A stretch of DNA of 61,341 nucleotides, the filler included. It is 9 parts of 9 records of this genome, joined end to end, with 100 filler letters (N's around TTAATTAATTAA, not from the genome) between each part and the next. Parts side by side here need not be neighbours in the genome. Positions count along the whole stretch, not along the records: positions 1 to 3,423 come from SRR20825010_2702; positions 3,524 to 6,845 come from SRR20825010_2703; positions 6,946 to 11,837 come from SRR20825010_2720; 6 more parts are not named here. One strand, written 5' to 3'. Shown piece after piece: positions 1-8,658 of this stretch. The notes under the pieces were generated by a model that was not told the DNA's origin, made no database searches, and saw only the letters and a program-made list of their open reading frames with translations. Positions within the stretch are counted from its first letter, which is position 1; the number at the start of each line of letters is the position of its first letter. The position numbers and the translations under genes were made by a program.

Positions 1-1851
1 CCAAGCCTTCCCGACCTGATCGAAAAGCTTGAAAGCATCGACAAGCCCACCATCGCCGCGATCCATGGCACAGCGCTTGGCGGTGGGCTGGAGCTGGCAC
101 TCGGCTGCCACTACCGTATTGCAGAAAAGACCGCCATGATCGGCCTGCCCGAGGTGAACCTCGGCCTCATTCCTGGCGCCGGTGGCACGGTGCGCCTGCC
201 GCGTCTGGTGGGGCCTGAAGCCGCGCTGAAGATGATCGTCTCCGGCAAGCCCATCGGCATGGACGAAGCCGTACGGCTCGGGGCGGTCGACTGCGTGGCC
301 GAGAGCGATCTTCTGGCCGAGGCCGTGGCCTTCGCCCGCGACATGGCCGCCTCCGAAAAACCGCATATCCATATCCGCGCCCGCAGCGAAAAACTTGCCA
401 TTGACCTCGCCGCCTTCGATGAGGCCGTGAAGGCAGCGACGAAAAAAGCGCGCGGTCTCACCGCGCCGCACACGGCGGCACAAGCCGTCCGCAACGCCAT
501 CACCATGAAGTTCGATGCAGCCCTCAACCGCGAGCGCGAACTCTTTCTGGAGCGTCGCGACAGCGAAGAATCCGCTGCCCAGCGCCATCTTTTCTTCGCT
601 ACCCGCGAGGCAACCCGCGTGCCGGGCATCCCGCGCGAGACCGAGGCCCGCAAGATCGCGCGCGCCGGCGTCATCGGTGCCGGCACCATGGGGGCGGGCA
701 TCGCCATGGCGCTTGCCAATGGCGGCATTCCCGTCACCATTCTGGAAATGAACGAGGACGCCATCGCGCGCGGCCTCTCCCACATCGACAAAACCTATGC
801 AGGTTCGCTCAAGCGCGGCTCCATCACGGCTGAGGAAAAAGAGGCCCGCACGGGGCGCATCACCGGCACCACGGATTATGCCGACCTTTCCGACTGCGAT
901 ATCGTGATCGAGGCCGTCTTCGAGGAGATGGGCGTGAAGCGTCAGGTCTTCACCGCGCTCGACAGGGTTCTGAAGCCCGGCGCCATCCTCGCCTCCAACA
1001 CTTCCTATCTCGATGTCAACGAGATCGCCGCCACCACGAAGCGTCCGCAGGATGTGGTCGGCCTCCATTTCTTCTCGCCCGCCCATGTGATGAAGCTACT
1101 GGAGATCGTGCGCGGCGAAGAGACAGCGCCTGATGTCATCAAGACGGCGCTCGCGCTCGCCCGAAAGATCGGCAAGGTTCCCGTCGTCGTCGGCGTGTGC
1201 AACGGCTTTGTGGGCAACCGCATGCTCGCCGCCCGGCGCGAGCAGAACGAAGACCTGCTTCTGTCCGGCGCGACGCCCGAACAGGTGGACCAGGTGTTCA
1301 CCGATTTCGGCTGGCCCATGGGCCCGTTCCAGATGGTGGATCTCGCCGGTCTCGACATCAGCTGGAAGCACCGTCAGTCGCAGGGCCTCACCGCCCCCAT
1401 CGCCGACACGCTGTGCGAGGCAGGCCATTTCGGCCAGAAGTCCGGGCGCGGCTTTTATCTCTATGAGGAAGGCTCCCGCACACCAAAGCCCGACCCCTTC
1501 GTTCAGGAGCTCATCGAGAAGAAGGCAGCCGAGCTTGGCGTGGAACGCCGCGAAATCAGTGCGGACGAGATCACCGAGCGCACACTCTACCCGATGATCA
1601 ACGAGGGCGCGAAGATCCTCGAAGAGCGCATCGCCGCCCGCGCCTCCGACATCGATGTCGTGTGGGTCAATGGCTACGGCTTCCCGGTCGCCAAAGGCGG
1701 GCCGATGTTCTGGGCCGAGCGCTTCGGCATCAAGACAATCGTCGAGCGGCTGGAACACTGGCACCGGAAGACCGGCAATCCCGTCTTCGAGCCCGCTCCC
1801 ATCCTTCGCCAGCTCGCGCTGACGGGCGGCGGCTTCGGCGATCTTGTGTAG
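1..1851 (+). CDS. Bifunctional enoyl-CoA hydratase / 3-hydroxyacyl-CoA dehydrogenase (5' truncated)
   Basis: Frame is open from base 1 (PSLPDLIEK...AAIHGTALGGGLELALGCHYR, crotonase fold; GLPEVNLGLIPGAGGT). HAD domain follows: GAGTMG, ASNTS, GLHFFSPAHVMKLLE, GFVGNR. Confidence 0.93.
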   Translation, partial: PSLPDLIEKLESIDKPTIAAIHGTALGGGLELALGCHYRIAEKTAMIGLPEVNLGLIPGAGGTVRLPRLVGPEAALKMIVSGKPIGMDEAVRLGAVDCVAESDLLAEAVAFARDMAASEKPHIHIRARSEKLAIDLAAFDEAVKAATKKARGLTAPHTAAQAVRNAITMKFDAALNRERELFLERRDSEESAAQRHLFFATREATRVPGIPRETEARKIARAGVIGAGTMGAGIAMALANGGIPVTILEMNEDAIARGLSHIDKTYAGSLKRGSITAEEKEARTGRITGTTDYADLSDCDIVIEAVFEEMGVKRQVFTALDRVLKPGAILASNTSYLDVNEIAATTKRPQDVVGLHFFSPAHVMKLLEIVRGEETAPDVIKTALALARKIGKVPVVVGVCNGFVGNRMLAARREQNEDLLLSGATPEQVDQVFTDFGWPMGPFQMVDLAGLDISWKHRQSQGLTAPIADTLCEAGHFGQKSGRGFYLYEEGSRTPKPDPFVQELIEKKAAELGVERREISADEITERTLYPMINEGAKILEERIAARASDIDVVWVNGYGFPVAKGGPMFWAERFGIKTIVERLEHWHRKTGNPVFEPAPILRQLALTGGGFGDLV

Positions 1852-1948
1852 GATCACCCCGGGCAACTGCGCCACCATCAACCCTTGGCATTTGGGCGGG
1901 CAGCCCCATATTCAGAGCGCTGTCCATTCAAACAACGGAGCGGTCAGG

Positions 1949-2371
1949 ATGACCGAGTTTACCCCCATAGCCTCACTCGCCGGCGGCGCGCTGATCGGCC
2001 TTGCCGCAGTGGTGCTCATGGCCTTCAACGGCCGGGTGGCCGGCATGACCGGCATTCTGTCAGGCCTCCTTCCACCTCAGGAAAACGCCTGGCACTGGCG
2101 CGCCGCTTTCATCATCGGCGCCATCGCCGCGCCTCTGTTTCTGATGCTGAGCGGTACGGCAATCCCCTTCCAGGTGCCCGTCTCCACCACCGCGCTCGTC
2201 ATCGGCGGTGTTCTTGTCGGCATCGGCGTCACCTTCGGCAATGGTTGCCCCAGCGGACATGGTGTCTGCGGCATTTCGCGCGGTTCCATCCGATCCATCG
2301 TTGCCGTCATCACCTTCATGGCCACCGCTCTCGTCACCGTGTTCATCATTCGTCACGTGATCGGAGGCTGA
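1949..2371 (+). CDS. YeeE/YedE family sulfur-compound transporter subunit
   Basis: MTEFTPIASLAGGALIG, GRVAGMTG and GNGCPSGHGVCG motifs; hydrophobic; GGAG RBS before ATG 1949. Confidence 0.88.
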   Translation: MTEFTPIASLAGGALIGLAAVVLMAFNGRVAGMTGILSGLLPPQENAWHWRAAFIIGAIAAPLFLMLSGTAIPFQVPVSTTALVIGGVLVGIGVTFGNGCPSGHGVCGISRGSIRSIVAVITFMATALVTVFIIRHVIGG

Positions 2372-2374
2372 TCG

Positions 2375-2821
2375 ATGAAACAGCTTGTCGCAGCCCTCAT
2401 CGCCGGCCTTCTTTTTGGTGCTGGCATCGCATTGTCCGGCATGATCAATCCCGCAAAAGTGCTGAACTTCTTCGATGTCGCGGGCACCTGGGATCCAAGC
2501 CTCGCCTTCGTGATGGGCGGTGGGCTTGCGGTCGCGGCCCTCGGTTACCGCCTCCTCTTCGGCGCGCGCGAAAAACCGTTTTTCGCCGAGCGCTTCCAGC
2601 TTCCGGCGCGAAGCGATCTCGACCCGCAACTGATCGGCGGTGCCGCCGTATTCGGCATTGGCTGGGGTATTGCCGGCTTCTGCCCGGGTGCGGCGATCCC
2701 GGCCCTTGGGCTCGGCTATTCGGACACGATCGTGTTCCTCGCCTCGCTCATCGCCGGAATTCTCGTTGCCAAATCCCTCAAACGGCGCTTCTCTGCCGCC
2801 GAAAAACGCGTCAGTCAGTGA
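2375..2821 (+). CDS. YeeE/YedE family (DUF6691-type) membrane protein, partner subunit
   Basis: SGMINPAKVLNFFD, WDPSLAFVMGG and FGIGWGIAGFCPG motifs. Confidence 0.88.
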   Translation: MKQLVAALIAGLLFGAGIALSGMINPAKVLNFFDVAGTWDPSLAFVMGGGLAVAALGYRLLFGAREKPFFAERFQLPARSDLDPQLIGGAAVFGIGWGIAGFCPGAAIPALGLGYSDTIVFLASLIAGILVAKSLKRRFSAAEKRVSQ

Positions 2822-2829
2822 GGAAAACC

Positions 2830-3168
2830 ATGGATATCAAGAAGATCTCGGACGATTACGCGGTATCCCCGCAGATCGCGCCGGAAGACGTCGCCGCCAT
2901 CAAACAGGCTGGATACAAAAGCATCGTCTGCAACAGGCCCGATGGCGAGGATGCCAGCCAACCCACGGTCGAGACTATTTCAAAAGCCGCGAAAGAGGCC
3001 GGCCTCGCCTTCCGTCATGTGCCGGTCGTCTCCGGTGCCATGACGCTCGACGATGTGACAGACATGGCCGCCGCCCTTAAGGAACTGCCGGGCCCGGTCT
3101 TCGCCTATTGCCGCAGCGGCACCCGCTCGGCCAATCTCTACGGCATCATTCAGGAGCGCGGTCTCTAA
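2830..3168 (+). CDS. TIGR01244 family (Blh N-terminal-like) sulfurtransferase/phosphatase-fold protein
   Basis: MDIKKISDDYAVSPQI, CNRPDGE and YCRSGTRS motifs; this is the C-terminal part of the long 1885..3168 ORF. Confidence 0.88.
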   Translation: MDIKKISDDYAVSPQIAPEDVAAIKQAGYKSIVCNRPDGEDASQPTVETISKAAKEAGLAFRHVPVVSGAMTLDDVTDMAAALKELPGPVFAYCRSGTRSANLYGIIQERGL

Positions 3169-3233
3169 CCACTCCAAAGCGACTTGGGGTGGCAACAGCG
3201 CACCCCATCGACGCAAGCGCCCCCACTCCGCCG

Positions 3234-3423
3234 TCAGTAAAGCCAGCGCATCAGGAACAGCGAGATCGCCGGGAACAGCGTCAGAAGCGCCACGCGCAGA
3301 ATGTCGCTGATCACGAAGGGCATCACGCCGCGATAGGTCGCCGAAATCGGCGTGTCCTTGGCCATGGAGTTGAGCACGAAGAGGTTCATGCCCACCGGCG
3401 GCGTGATCAGCCCCACCTCCACC
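3234..3423 (-). CDS. TRAP transporter large permease DctM, C-terminal fragment
   Basis: EVGLITPPVGMNLFV...GVMPF...FPAISL is the typical DctM C-terminus; cut by the linker. Confidence 0.88.
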
Positions 3424-3523
3424 NNNNNNNNNNNNNNNNNNNNNNNNNNNNNNNNNNNNNNNNNNNNTTAATTAATTAANNNNNNNNNNNNNNNNNNNNN
3501 NNNNNNNNNNNNNNNNNNNNNNN
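3424..3523. other. Artificial contig linker
   Basis: N44-TTAATTAATTAA-N44, with stops in all six frames. Confidence 0.98.
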
Positions 3524-3710
3524 GCCCCGACCACGCGCGTTCAGCGCGATGAGCGCCAGGTCCTTGCGGGCGCGGAAACTGGCGGCGATGCGGGCATCGG
3601 CAACGGCGTCGTCGCCCTGTCCGGCTGGCCGGGACACCGCCCGGGCGCGCCAGTAACACTCGGTCGCGGCCTGGCGCAGGGTGACGGACGGGTCCTGGTG
3701 ACCGCCGCCA

Positions 3711-4001
3711 TTACGCCGCCCGCCCGTGGCCGACGTCGGCGACGATTTCATGGGCGCGGGCAATGGCGGCATCGCCCAGTGTGGTGATCTCGGCAACGGT
3801 GAAGCCGGCACGGTGCAGATCCCGTTCGGTCACCGGCTGGTCAATGCCGCGCTGGATGCGCAGGCCGGCGATGGTTTCCGCCATGGCGGTCGTGCGCTGT
3901 TTCGGGGATGGCGGCGGGCGGCGACGGGCTGAGCCGCGGCGGAGTTGTGCGGCGCCGGCCATGGCGGCGTTCTGGGTGGTTTCGGTGCGGGACTGTTTCA
4001 T
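3711..4001 (-). CDS. Small phage early hypothetical protein
   Basis: GAGGAG RBS before ATG 4001; first gene downstream of the operator; stop overlaps a further ATG (TAATG). Confidence 0.55.
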   Translation of the reverse strand: MKQSRTETTQNAAMAGAAQLRRGSARRRPPPSPKQRTTAMAETIAGLRIQRGIDQPVTERDLHRAGFTVAEITTLGDAAIARAHEIVADVGHGRAA

Positions 4002-4042
4002 GATGTTCTCCTCACATTCGCCGCGAGGATGAGTTTGTTATT

Positions 4043-4099
4043 TCTCACTTTCAAACAGAAAGTGAGATTTTGGTCACTGAATATGAGATTTCCTGTCAA
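4043..4099 (-). promoter_or_regulatory. Putative phage repressor operator and leftward promoter (OL/PL-like)
   Basis: Perfect inverted repeat TCTCACTTTC-AAACA-GAAAGTGAGA (4043-4067), related TCAC/TGAGA half-sites at ~4074-4088, and minus-strand TTGACA at 4094-4099, in an AT-rich patch. Confidence 0.55.
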
Positions 4100-4243
4100 C
4101 GCCGCGGCAACCGCGCAATGCAGGAAGCACGCGCCTGGGCATTGCGGACCAGCACGCCCGCAGGCGCTGATCCTCGGCCTCGCCCTGGCGCTCAGCCTCG
4201 CCGCTTGCAAGGCCCCGATCGAGGCGGCGAACGACGTGCAACC

Positions 4244-4564
4244 CTATATCAAGTCAGTATTTGCGATCTCATGCTGGTCAATCTCGATTTCCACCCAATC
4301 GGTGGCCGAGACAATCCCCCAGTTCCCCTTCGCATTGGGACGCCGCCACCGGGCCAACCGCATCTGCCTCAGCGTGGCAAGGGCGTCGAGGAAGTCCGGA
4401 ACCATGGTCTCGCTCCCCTTCGCGCCAACCCAGTACCCTTTTGACCGCCGCAAGACGGGGGCGAAGATTGAGCCGTCACGGGCGACGGGAACACGCAAGG
4501 TAACGCGACCTTCGCGAGGGTGATCATGGGCAGGTGACGGCTTCAGGGACGGTTCCCCGGCCAT
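4244..4564 (-). CDS. Hypothetical 106-aa protein, operon partner of the GmrSD-like nuclease
   Basis: Starts 8 nt after the nuclease stop; protein-like sequence with a GYWVG...RWRRPNAKGNWGIVSA motif. Confidence 0.7.
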   Translation of the reverse strand: MAGEPSLKPSPAHDHPREGRVTLRVPVARDGSIFAPVLRRSKGYWVGAKGSETMVPDFLDALATLRQMRLARWRRPNAKGNWGIVSATDWVEIEIDQHEIANTDLI

Positions 4565-4572
4565 GGCAGCCG

Positions 4573-6399
4573 CTACGCCATCGCCGGGAGGTATTCCCCC
4601 GATGGATCTCCCTGCTCCGCGTCGTCAGCGCTGTCCGATCCCGACGCATTGAGGCGCACCATGCGCTGCCGGATCAGTTGCTCCCTCGCCACCACGAACT
4701 CGGGCAGCTTCTCGACCGTCCAGAGGCCGGGATCAGGCGGAATCAGATGGCGATCCAGGAACCCATCATCGCGCGTGCCGATCCAGTCGAAGAACTCCAG
4801 GTTCGACTTCTCCGAGTTCTCCCTGCCCGGGAGGAGCTGGAGGTTGCCGATCCGGTCGACGCACTGGAGGATCTCCTCGATGCGTTGCTCCGGCAGTCCC
4901 AACTGCTGCAGGTTCTTCCGCGTTCCGAGCGAGCGGGGAATGATGTGGTCGATGTGGTAGATGGTCGAGCCCCAGTTGTGCTCGTCGTAAAGGGTCGACA
5001 GACCAAGGAAGCAGGTCCTCTGGCCATATCGGGTATCAAGCAGTGCATCGGTGTTGTTGCTGTCGAATGCGACCGTACGTCCCCGCCGTTTCTGCAGCCC
5101 CTCGCTCAACTCCATGAACGGGAAGTCACTGGAACGGTCCATTCCCTCCCTGACAAGGGTCCTGGCGATCCCGATGGTCTGATCCGAGTTTCCACCGAAG
5201 ACATTGTTCAGCAGGGCGCCCAGCAGCCAGAGCCGAATGGATTCCCGGTTCCGGGCTTCGAACGGGGTGGAGCCATCAAGCCGGGTCTGGCCAAGTCGTG
5301 AAACGTAGTAGGCGATCGGCAGCAGGGCATTCATGCTTGTCAGCGTGTCCCGGTCGATGCCGAACCGGTTGATCAGCCGCACGGTCGTCTCGACGGCCTG
5401 CTTGATATCCGGCCATTTCCGCTGGATCACGGCCAGGCTGTCGGTGGTAAAGTTGTTGACCTTGTAGACGTGGTCAAGGTCCGAGATCACCAGGCAGGAC
5501 CGCATCACGAAGTCCTTGTTGAGATCGTTCCTGCGATCCAGGTCATTGTTCAGGCGCTCGACAAAGCCGTAGATCTCGTCCCTGGCATTCACGCCGTCCC
5601 ACTTGGATGTGATCATCGACAGAAGCAGGTCGGATTTGCTCAGCTTGCTGCCGCCGTCATTCGCCCTGATGAAGATGTCGAGAACGCGGTCGTAGGACTG
5701 GTTCTTTTCCGTGTAAAAGGCGATGACATCGTCTTTCCAGATCGTGCGATAGAGACGCTCCAGGTTCCTTCTGGCGATACGTTCCTGCTGGCGGGTCACC
5801 TCCCCCGGAAGGTCATCGAGAAGCTCGTCCTTGAACCGATCGAACTCGTCCTCGTCCCGGAAATCAAGAATCTGGCCGACCTTGAACCAGCACTGGGAAA
5901 GGCTGTTTTCCGGCGGCCGGGCGGCGAACTTCAGGCCGTAGGTTATTCCGAAATCCTCGCGATCTTCCTGGTCCTCGGTCCCCGGATCCTTGAAGATGTC
6001 CAAGTACAGCCTGTGCTGCACCCATGCGGCGGGATTGTCCCAGCGCTTGTGCTTCAGCTTGACGGTGTAGCTTCCACGCAAGCCGATGAGCAGCGAGGTC
6101 AGGCGCTGCTGGCCATCCAGCACCAACGTCACGTCACGGCCGTCAGGATCTGCCTGCTCGTTGTGAACATCGCCATAGCGGAAATGCTCGAAGAACTTGT
6201 AGATCTCCCAGTTGCGCGTGTTCTCGGGCTGCAGCTCCCAGAACAGGAACGAACTGATCGGATAGCCTTTCAGCAGGGAGTCAAAGAGCGCAACGATCTG
6301 GTCCGGCTCCCAGACATACGGGCGCTGGATTGCCGGCAGGAAATAGGACCGATTGATCTGATCGACTATCGCGACAATCGTCGCCGAACTGTACGACAT
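4573..6399 (-). CDS. DUF262 + HNH (DUF1524-like) GmrSD-family type IV restriction-like nuclease
   Basis: DUF262 motifs LPAIQRPYVW, VLDGQQRLTS and IFIRAN; C-terminal HIDHIIP...IGNLQLL...ENSEKSN HNH motif. Start placed at MSYSS (6399); the track starts at 6483. Confidence 0.88.
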   Translation of the reverse strand: MSYSSATIVAIVDQINRSYFLPAIQRPYVWEPDQIVALFDSLLKGYPISSFLFWELQPENTRNWEIYKFFEHFRYGDVHNEQADPDGRDVTLVLDGQQRLTSLLIGLRGSYTVKLKHKRWDNPAAWVQHRLYLDIFKDPGTEDQEDREDFGITYGLKFAARPPENSLSQCWFKVGQILDFRDEDEFDRFKDELLDDLPGEVTRQQERIARRNLERLYRTIWKDDVIAFYTEKNQSYDRVLDIFIRANDGGSKLSKSDLLLSMITSKWDGVNARDEIYGFVERLNNDLDRRNDLNKDFVMRSCLVISDLDHVYKVNNFTTDSLAVIQRKWPDIKQAVETTVRLINRFGIDRDTLTSMNALLPIAYYVSRLGQTRLDGSTPFEARNRESIRLWLLGALLNNVFGGNSDQTIGIARTLVREGMDRSSDFPFMELSEGLQKRRGRTVAFDSNNTDALLDTRYGQRTCFLGLSTLYDEHNWGSTIYHIDHIIPRSLGTRKNLQQLGLPEQRIEEILQCVDRIGNLQLLPGRENSEKSNLEFFDWIGTRDDGFLDRHLIPPDPGLWTVEKLPEFVVAREQLIRQRMVRLNASGSDSADDAEQGDPSGEYLPAMA

Positions 6400-6595
6400 A
6401 GGCCCCCCCCGGCAGAATCCCAGACAAAAGCAGGTTCCTGTGTATAGAGCCATGAGGCGCATCAACCAATGAGCGAAATTCATATGGCTGTCAAAACCTT
6501 AGCCGGAGCAGATAAGTTCATGATCGACTTGTGCGGTCGCCGCTTGCAGCGAATAGCGGTGACCATACGTGAGACTGGAAAGGCCGGTCAGCCCA

Positions 6596-6845
6596 CTACC
6601 GCCGCTTGTAACTACCCACAATCAGGTGCAGCGACAGGATCTCGCTGCGCGGGATCTCGAATTCCCTGGGCGGGTTGTATTGTTTCAGGCGCACGGCGCT
6701 GTCGTCGTAGCTGACCAGGCGCTTGACCATGGCGGCGTGGTCGGTGGCGTCTTCGCCGGCGAGCACCAGCAGCACGTCGTCGCCGCGCTGGGCCGGCTTG
6801 CCGGGGTGCACCAGCAGCATGTCGCCCTGTTCATAGACCGGTTCC
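6596..6845 (-). CDS. S24 peptidase domain of a CI/LexA-like phage repressor (5' truncated)
   Basis: EPVYEQGDMLLVHP...AMVKRL...LKQYNPP follows the S24 pattern, including the catalytic Lys in VKRL. Confidence 0.82.
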
Positions 6846-6945
6846 NNNNNNNNNNNNNNNNNNNNNNNNNNNNNNNNNNNNNNNNNNNNTTAATTAATTA
6901 ANNNNNNNNNNNNNNNNNNNNNNNNNNNNNNNNNNNNNNNNNNNN
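6846..6945. other. Artificial contig linker
   Basis: N44-TTAATTAATTAA-N44. Confidence 0.98.
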
Positions 6946-7054
6946 GCTCATTTGAGGCTTTGGCGGACGAATGACCGGAATAGGTGCGGAACAACCAGGG
7001 ACGATCTTTCTTTGTGGTGCCGGATTTTACAGCGTCCGTCTTATCTTGTGCCAT
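6946..7054 (-). CDS. ecm: Ethylmalonyl-CoA mutase (MeaA/Ecm), N-terminal fragment
   Basis: KDRPWLFRTYSGHSSAKASN is the MeaA/Ecm N-terminus; divergent from ccr. Confidence 0.85.
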
Positions 7055-7313
7055 AATTATCTTTCGTATTCTTAGTCGTTTAAGTTCGGTTATTACGTGT
7101 TTTTGATGCCGCACGTAATAACATAACTTTGTGTTGCAGCGCAAAAAAAACTTGTTATCTGAACAAAGGTCAGTAATCTTCTCATAAACCGGGCTAATGT
7201 AAAGGTCCCCATTTCGTTTTTTGATGCAATGCGATATATCAAGGCGGAAAAAGGAATTTGTGATTTGTAAAGACTACCGCCCTATAAATGAGACTACACA
7301 CAAAATATGAGGG

Positions 7314-8627
7314 ATGATTTTGATGTCAAATACGCAAGCTTCTGCGAAATCTGAAGCGGAAAATGAAATGCCGACTGGCGAGATTAAGGATCTCTATGAA
7401 GTAGGAGAAATTCCGCCGCTCGGCCATGTCCCCTCCAAAATGTATGCCTGGGCGATCCGTCGCGAACGCCACGGGGAACCTGAAAAAGCCATGCAGGTCG
7501 AAGTCGTCGATACGCCGGAGTTGGACAGCCATGATGTGCTGATCCTCGTGATGGCGGCGGGTGTCAATTATAATGGCGTCTGGGCAGCTCTTGGTGAACC
7601 GATTTCCCCATTCGATTACCATAAGCAGCCCTACCATATCGCGGGATCGGATGCGTCCGGCGTTGTCTATGCCGTGGGCAACAAGGTGAAGCGCTTCAAG
7701 ATCGGTGATGAAGTCGTCGTTCATTGCAATCAGGATGATGGTGATGATGAGGAATGTAACGGCGGAGATCCCATGTTCTCGCCGAGCCAGCGCATCTGGG
7801 GTTATGAAACGCCGGATGGTTCTTTCGCCCAGTTTGCCCGTGTGCAGGACCGTCAGTTGATGCCACGTCCCAAACATCTGACTTGGGAAGAAAGCGCCTG
7901 TTATACGCTGACCCTCGCAACCGCCTATCGTATGTTGTTCGGTCATCGGCCGCATATCCTGCGCCCTGGCCATAACGTCCTGATCTGGGGTGCCTCGGGC
8001 GGTCTTGGGTCCATGGCCATCCAGATATGCGCGGCGGCGGGCGCCAATGCTATTGGCGTTATTTCCGATGAAAGCAAGCGGGAATTTGTGATGTCGCTCG
8101 GCGCGAAAGGCGTTCTCAATCGTAAGGATTTTGATTGCTGGGGCCAGCTGCCGACAGTGAACGGCGAAGGGTTTGGTGACTATATGAAGAAAACCCGTGA
8201 ATTCGGTAAGGCCATATGGGAAATTACCGGCAAAGGCAATGACGTTGATTTCGTATTTGAGCATCCCGGCGAACAGACCTTCCCGGTTTCCTGTAATGTG
8301 GTCAAGCGGGGCGGTATGGTTGTTTTCTGCGCTGGCACGACGGGCTTTAACCTGACCATGGATGCACGTTTTGTCTGGATGCGTCAGAAACGTATTCAGG
8401 GCAGCCATTTTGCGAACCTGAAGCAGGCGTCTCAGGCAAATAATTTGGTTGTGGAGCGTCGTATCGATCCTTGCATGTCAGAGGTTTTCTCCTGGGATGA
8501 TATTCCGCGCGCTCATACAAAAATGATGAATAATGAGCATAAGCCCGGCAATATGGCCGTATTGGTATCGTCGAAATATCCAGGCCTGAGAACGATCGAG
8601 GATGCGATTGAAGCCGGCAACGAGTAA
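7314..8627 (+). CDS. ccr: Crotonyl-CoA carboxylase/reductase
   Basis: KDLYEVGEIPPLGHVP, AGVNYNGVWA, IWGYETPDGSFAQF, WMRQKRIQGSHFAN. Start may be 7323 or later. Confidence 0.95.
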   Translation: MILMSNTQASAKSEAENEMPTGEIKDLYEVGEIPPLGHVPSKMYAWAIRRERHGEPEKAMQVEVVDTPELDSHDVLILVMAAGVNYNGVWAALGEPISPFDYHKQPYHIAGSDASGVVYAVGNKVKRFKIGDEVVVHCNQDDGDDEECNGGDPMFSPSQRIWGYETPDGSFAQFARVQDRQLMPRPKHLTWEESACYTLTLATAYRMLFGHRPHILRPGHNVLIWGASGGLGSMAIQICAAAGANAIGVISDESKREFVMSLGAKGVLNRKDFDCWGQLPTVNGEGFGDYMKKTREFGKAIWEITGKGNDVDFVFEHPGEQTFPVSCNVVKRGGMVVFCAGTTGFNLTMDARFVWMRQKRIQGSHFANLKQASQANNLVVERRIDPCMSEVFSWDDIPRAHTKMMNNEHKPGNMAVLVSSKYPGLRTIEDAIEAGNE

Positions 8628-8658
8628 GCGAAAGCCGTAATCAAAAGGAAAAATAATA

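Larger units (their letters stand above)
3524..6845. mobile_element. Prophage fragment (immunity / early-left region)
   Basis: S24 CI-like repressor C-terminus, palindromic operator with TTGACA, and small leftward phage-like ORFs, all co-oriented. No structural or integrase genes in view. Confidence 0.65.

Noticed and set aside
1885-2829. 427-aa ORF suggesting a long N-terminal fusion to the TIGR01244 protein
   Set aside because: The extension is Arg-rich off-frame read-through over the two YeeE genes; the real start is 2830.
3524-3811. Additional small phage ORFs at the contig start
   Set aside because: Two competing frames (ATG at 3711 versus the 3476..3811 frame), truncated and without recognisable motifs; cannot choose between them.
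7326-8408. 360-aa antisense ORF over ccr, and similar ones at 9394-10218, 12792-14063, 14076-15152, 37908-39017, 40523-41338 and 53947-55410
   Set aside because: Shadow ORFs caused by codon bias opposite well-supported genes; no motifs.
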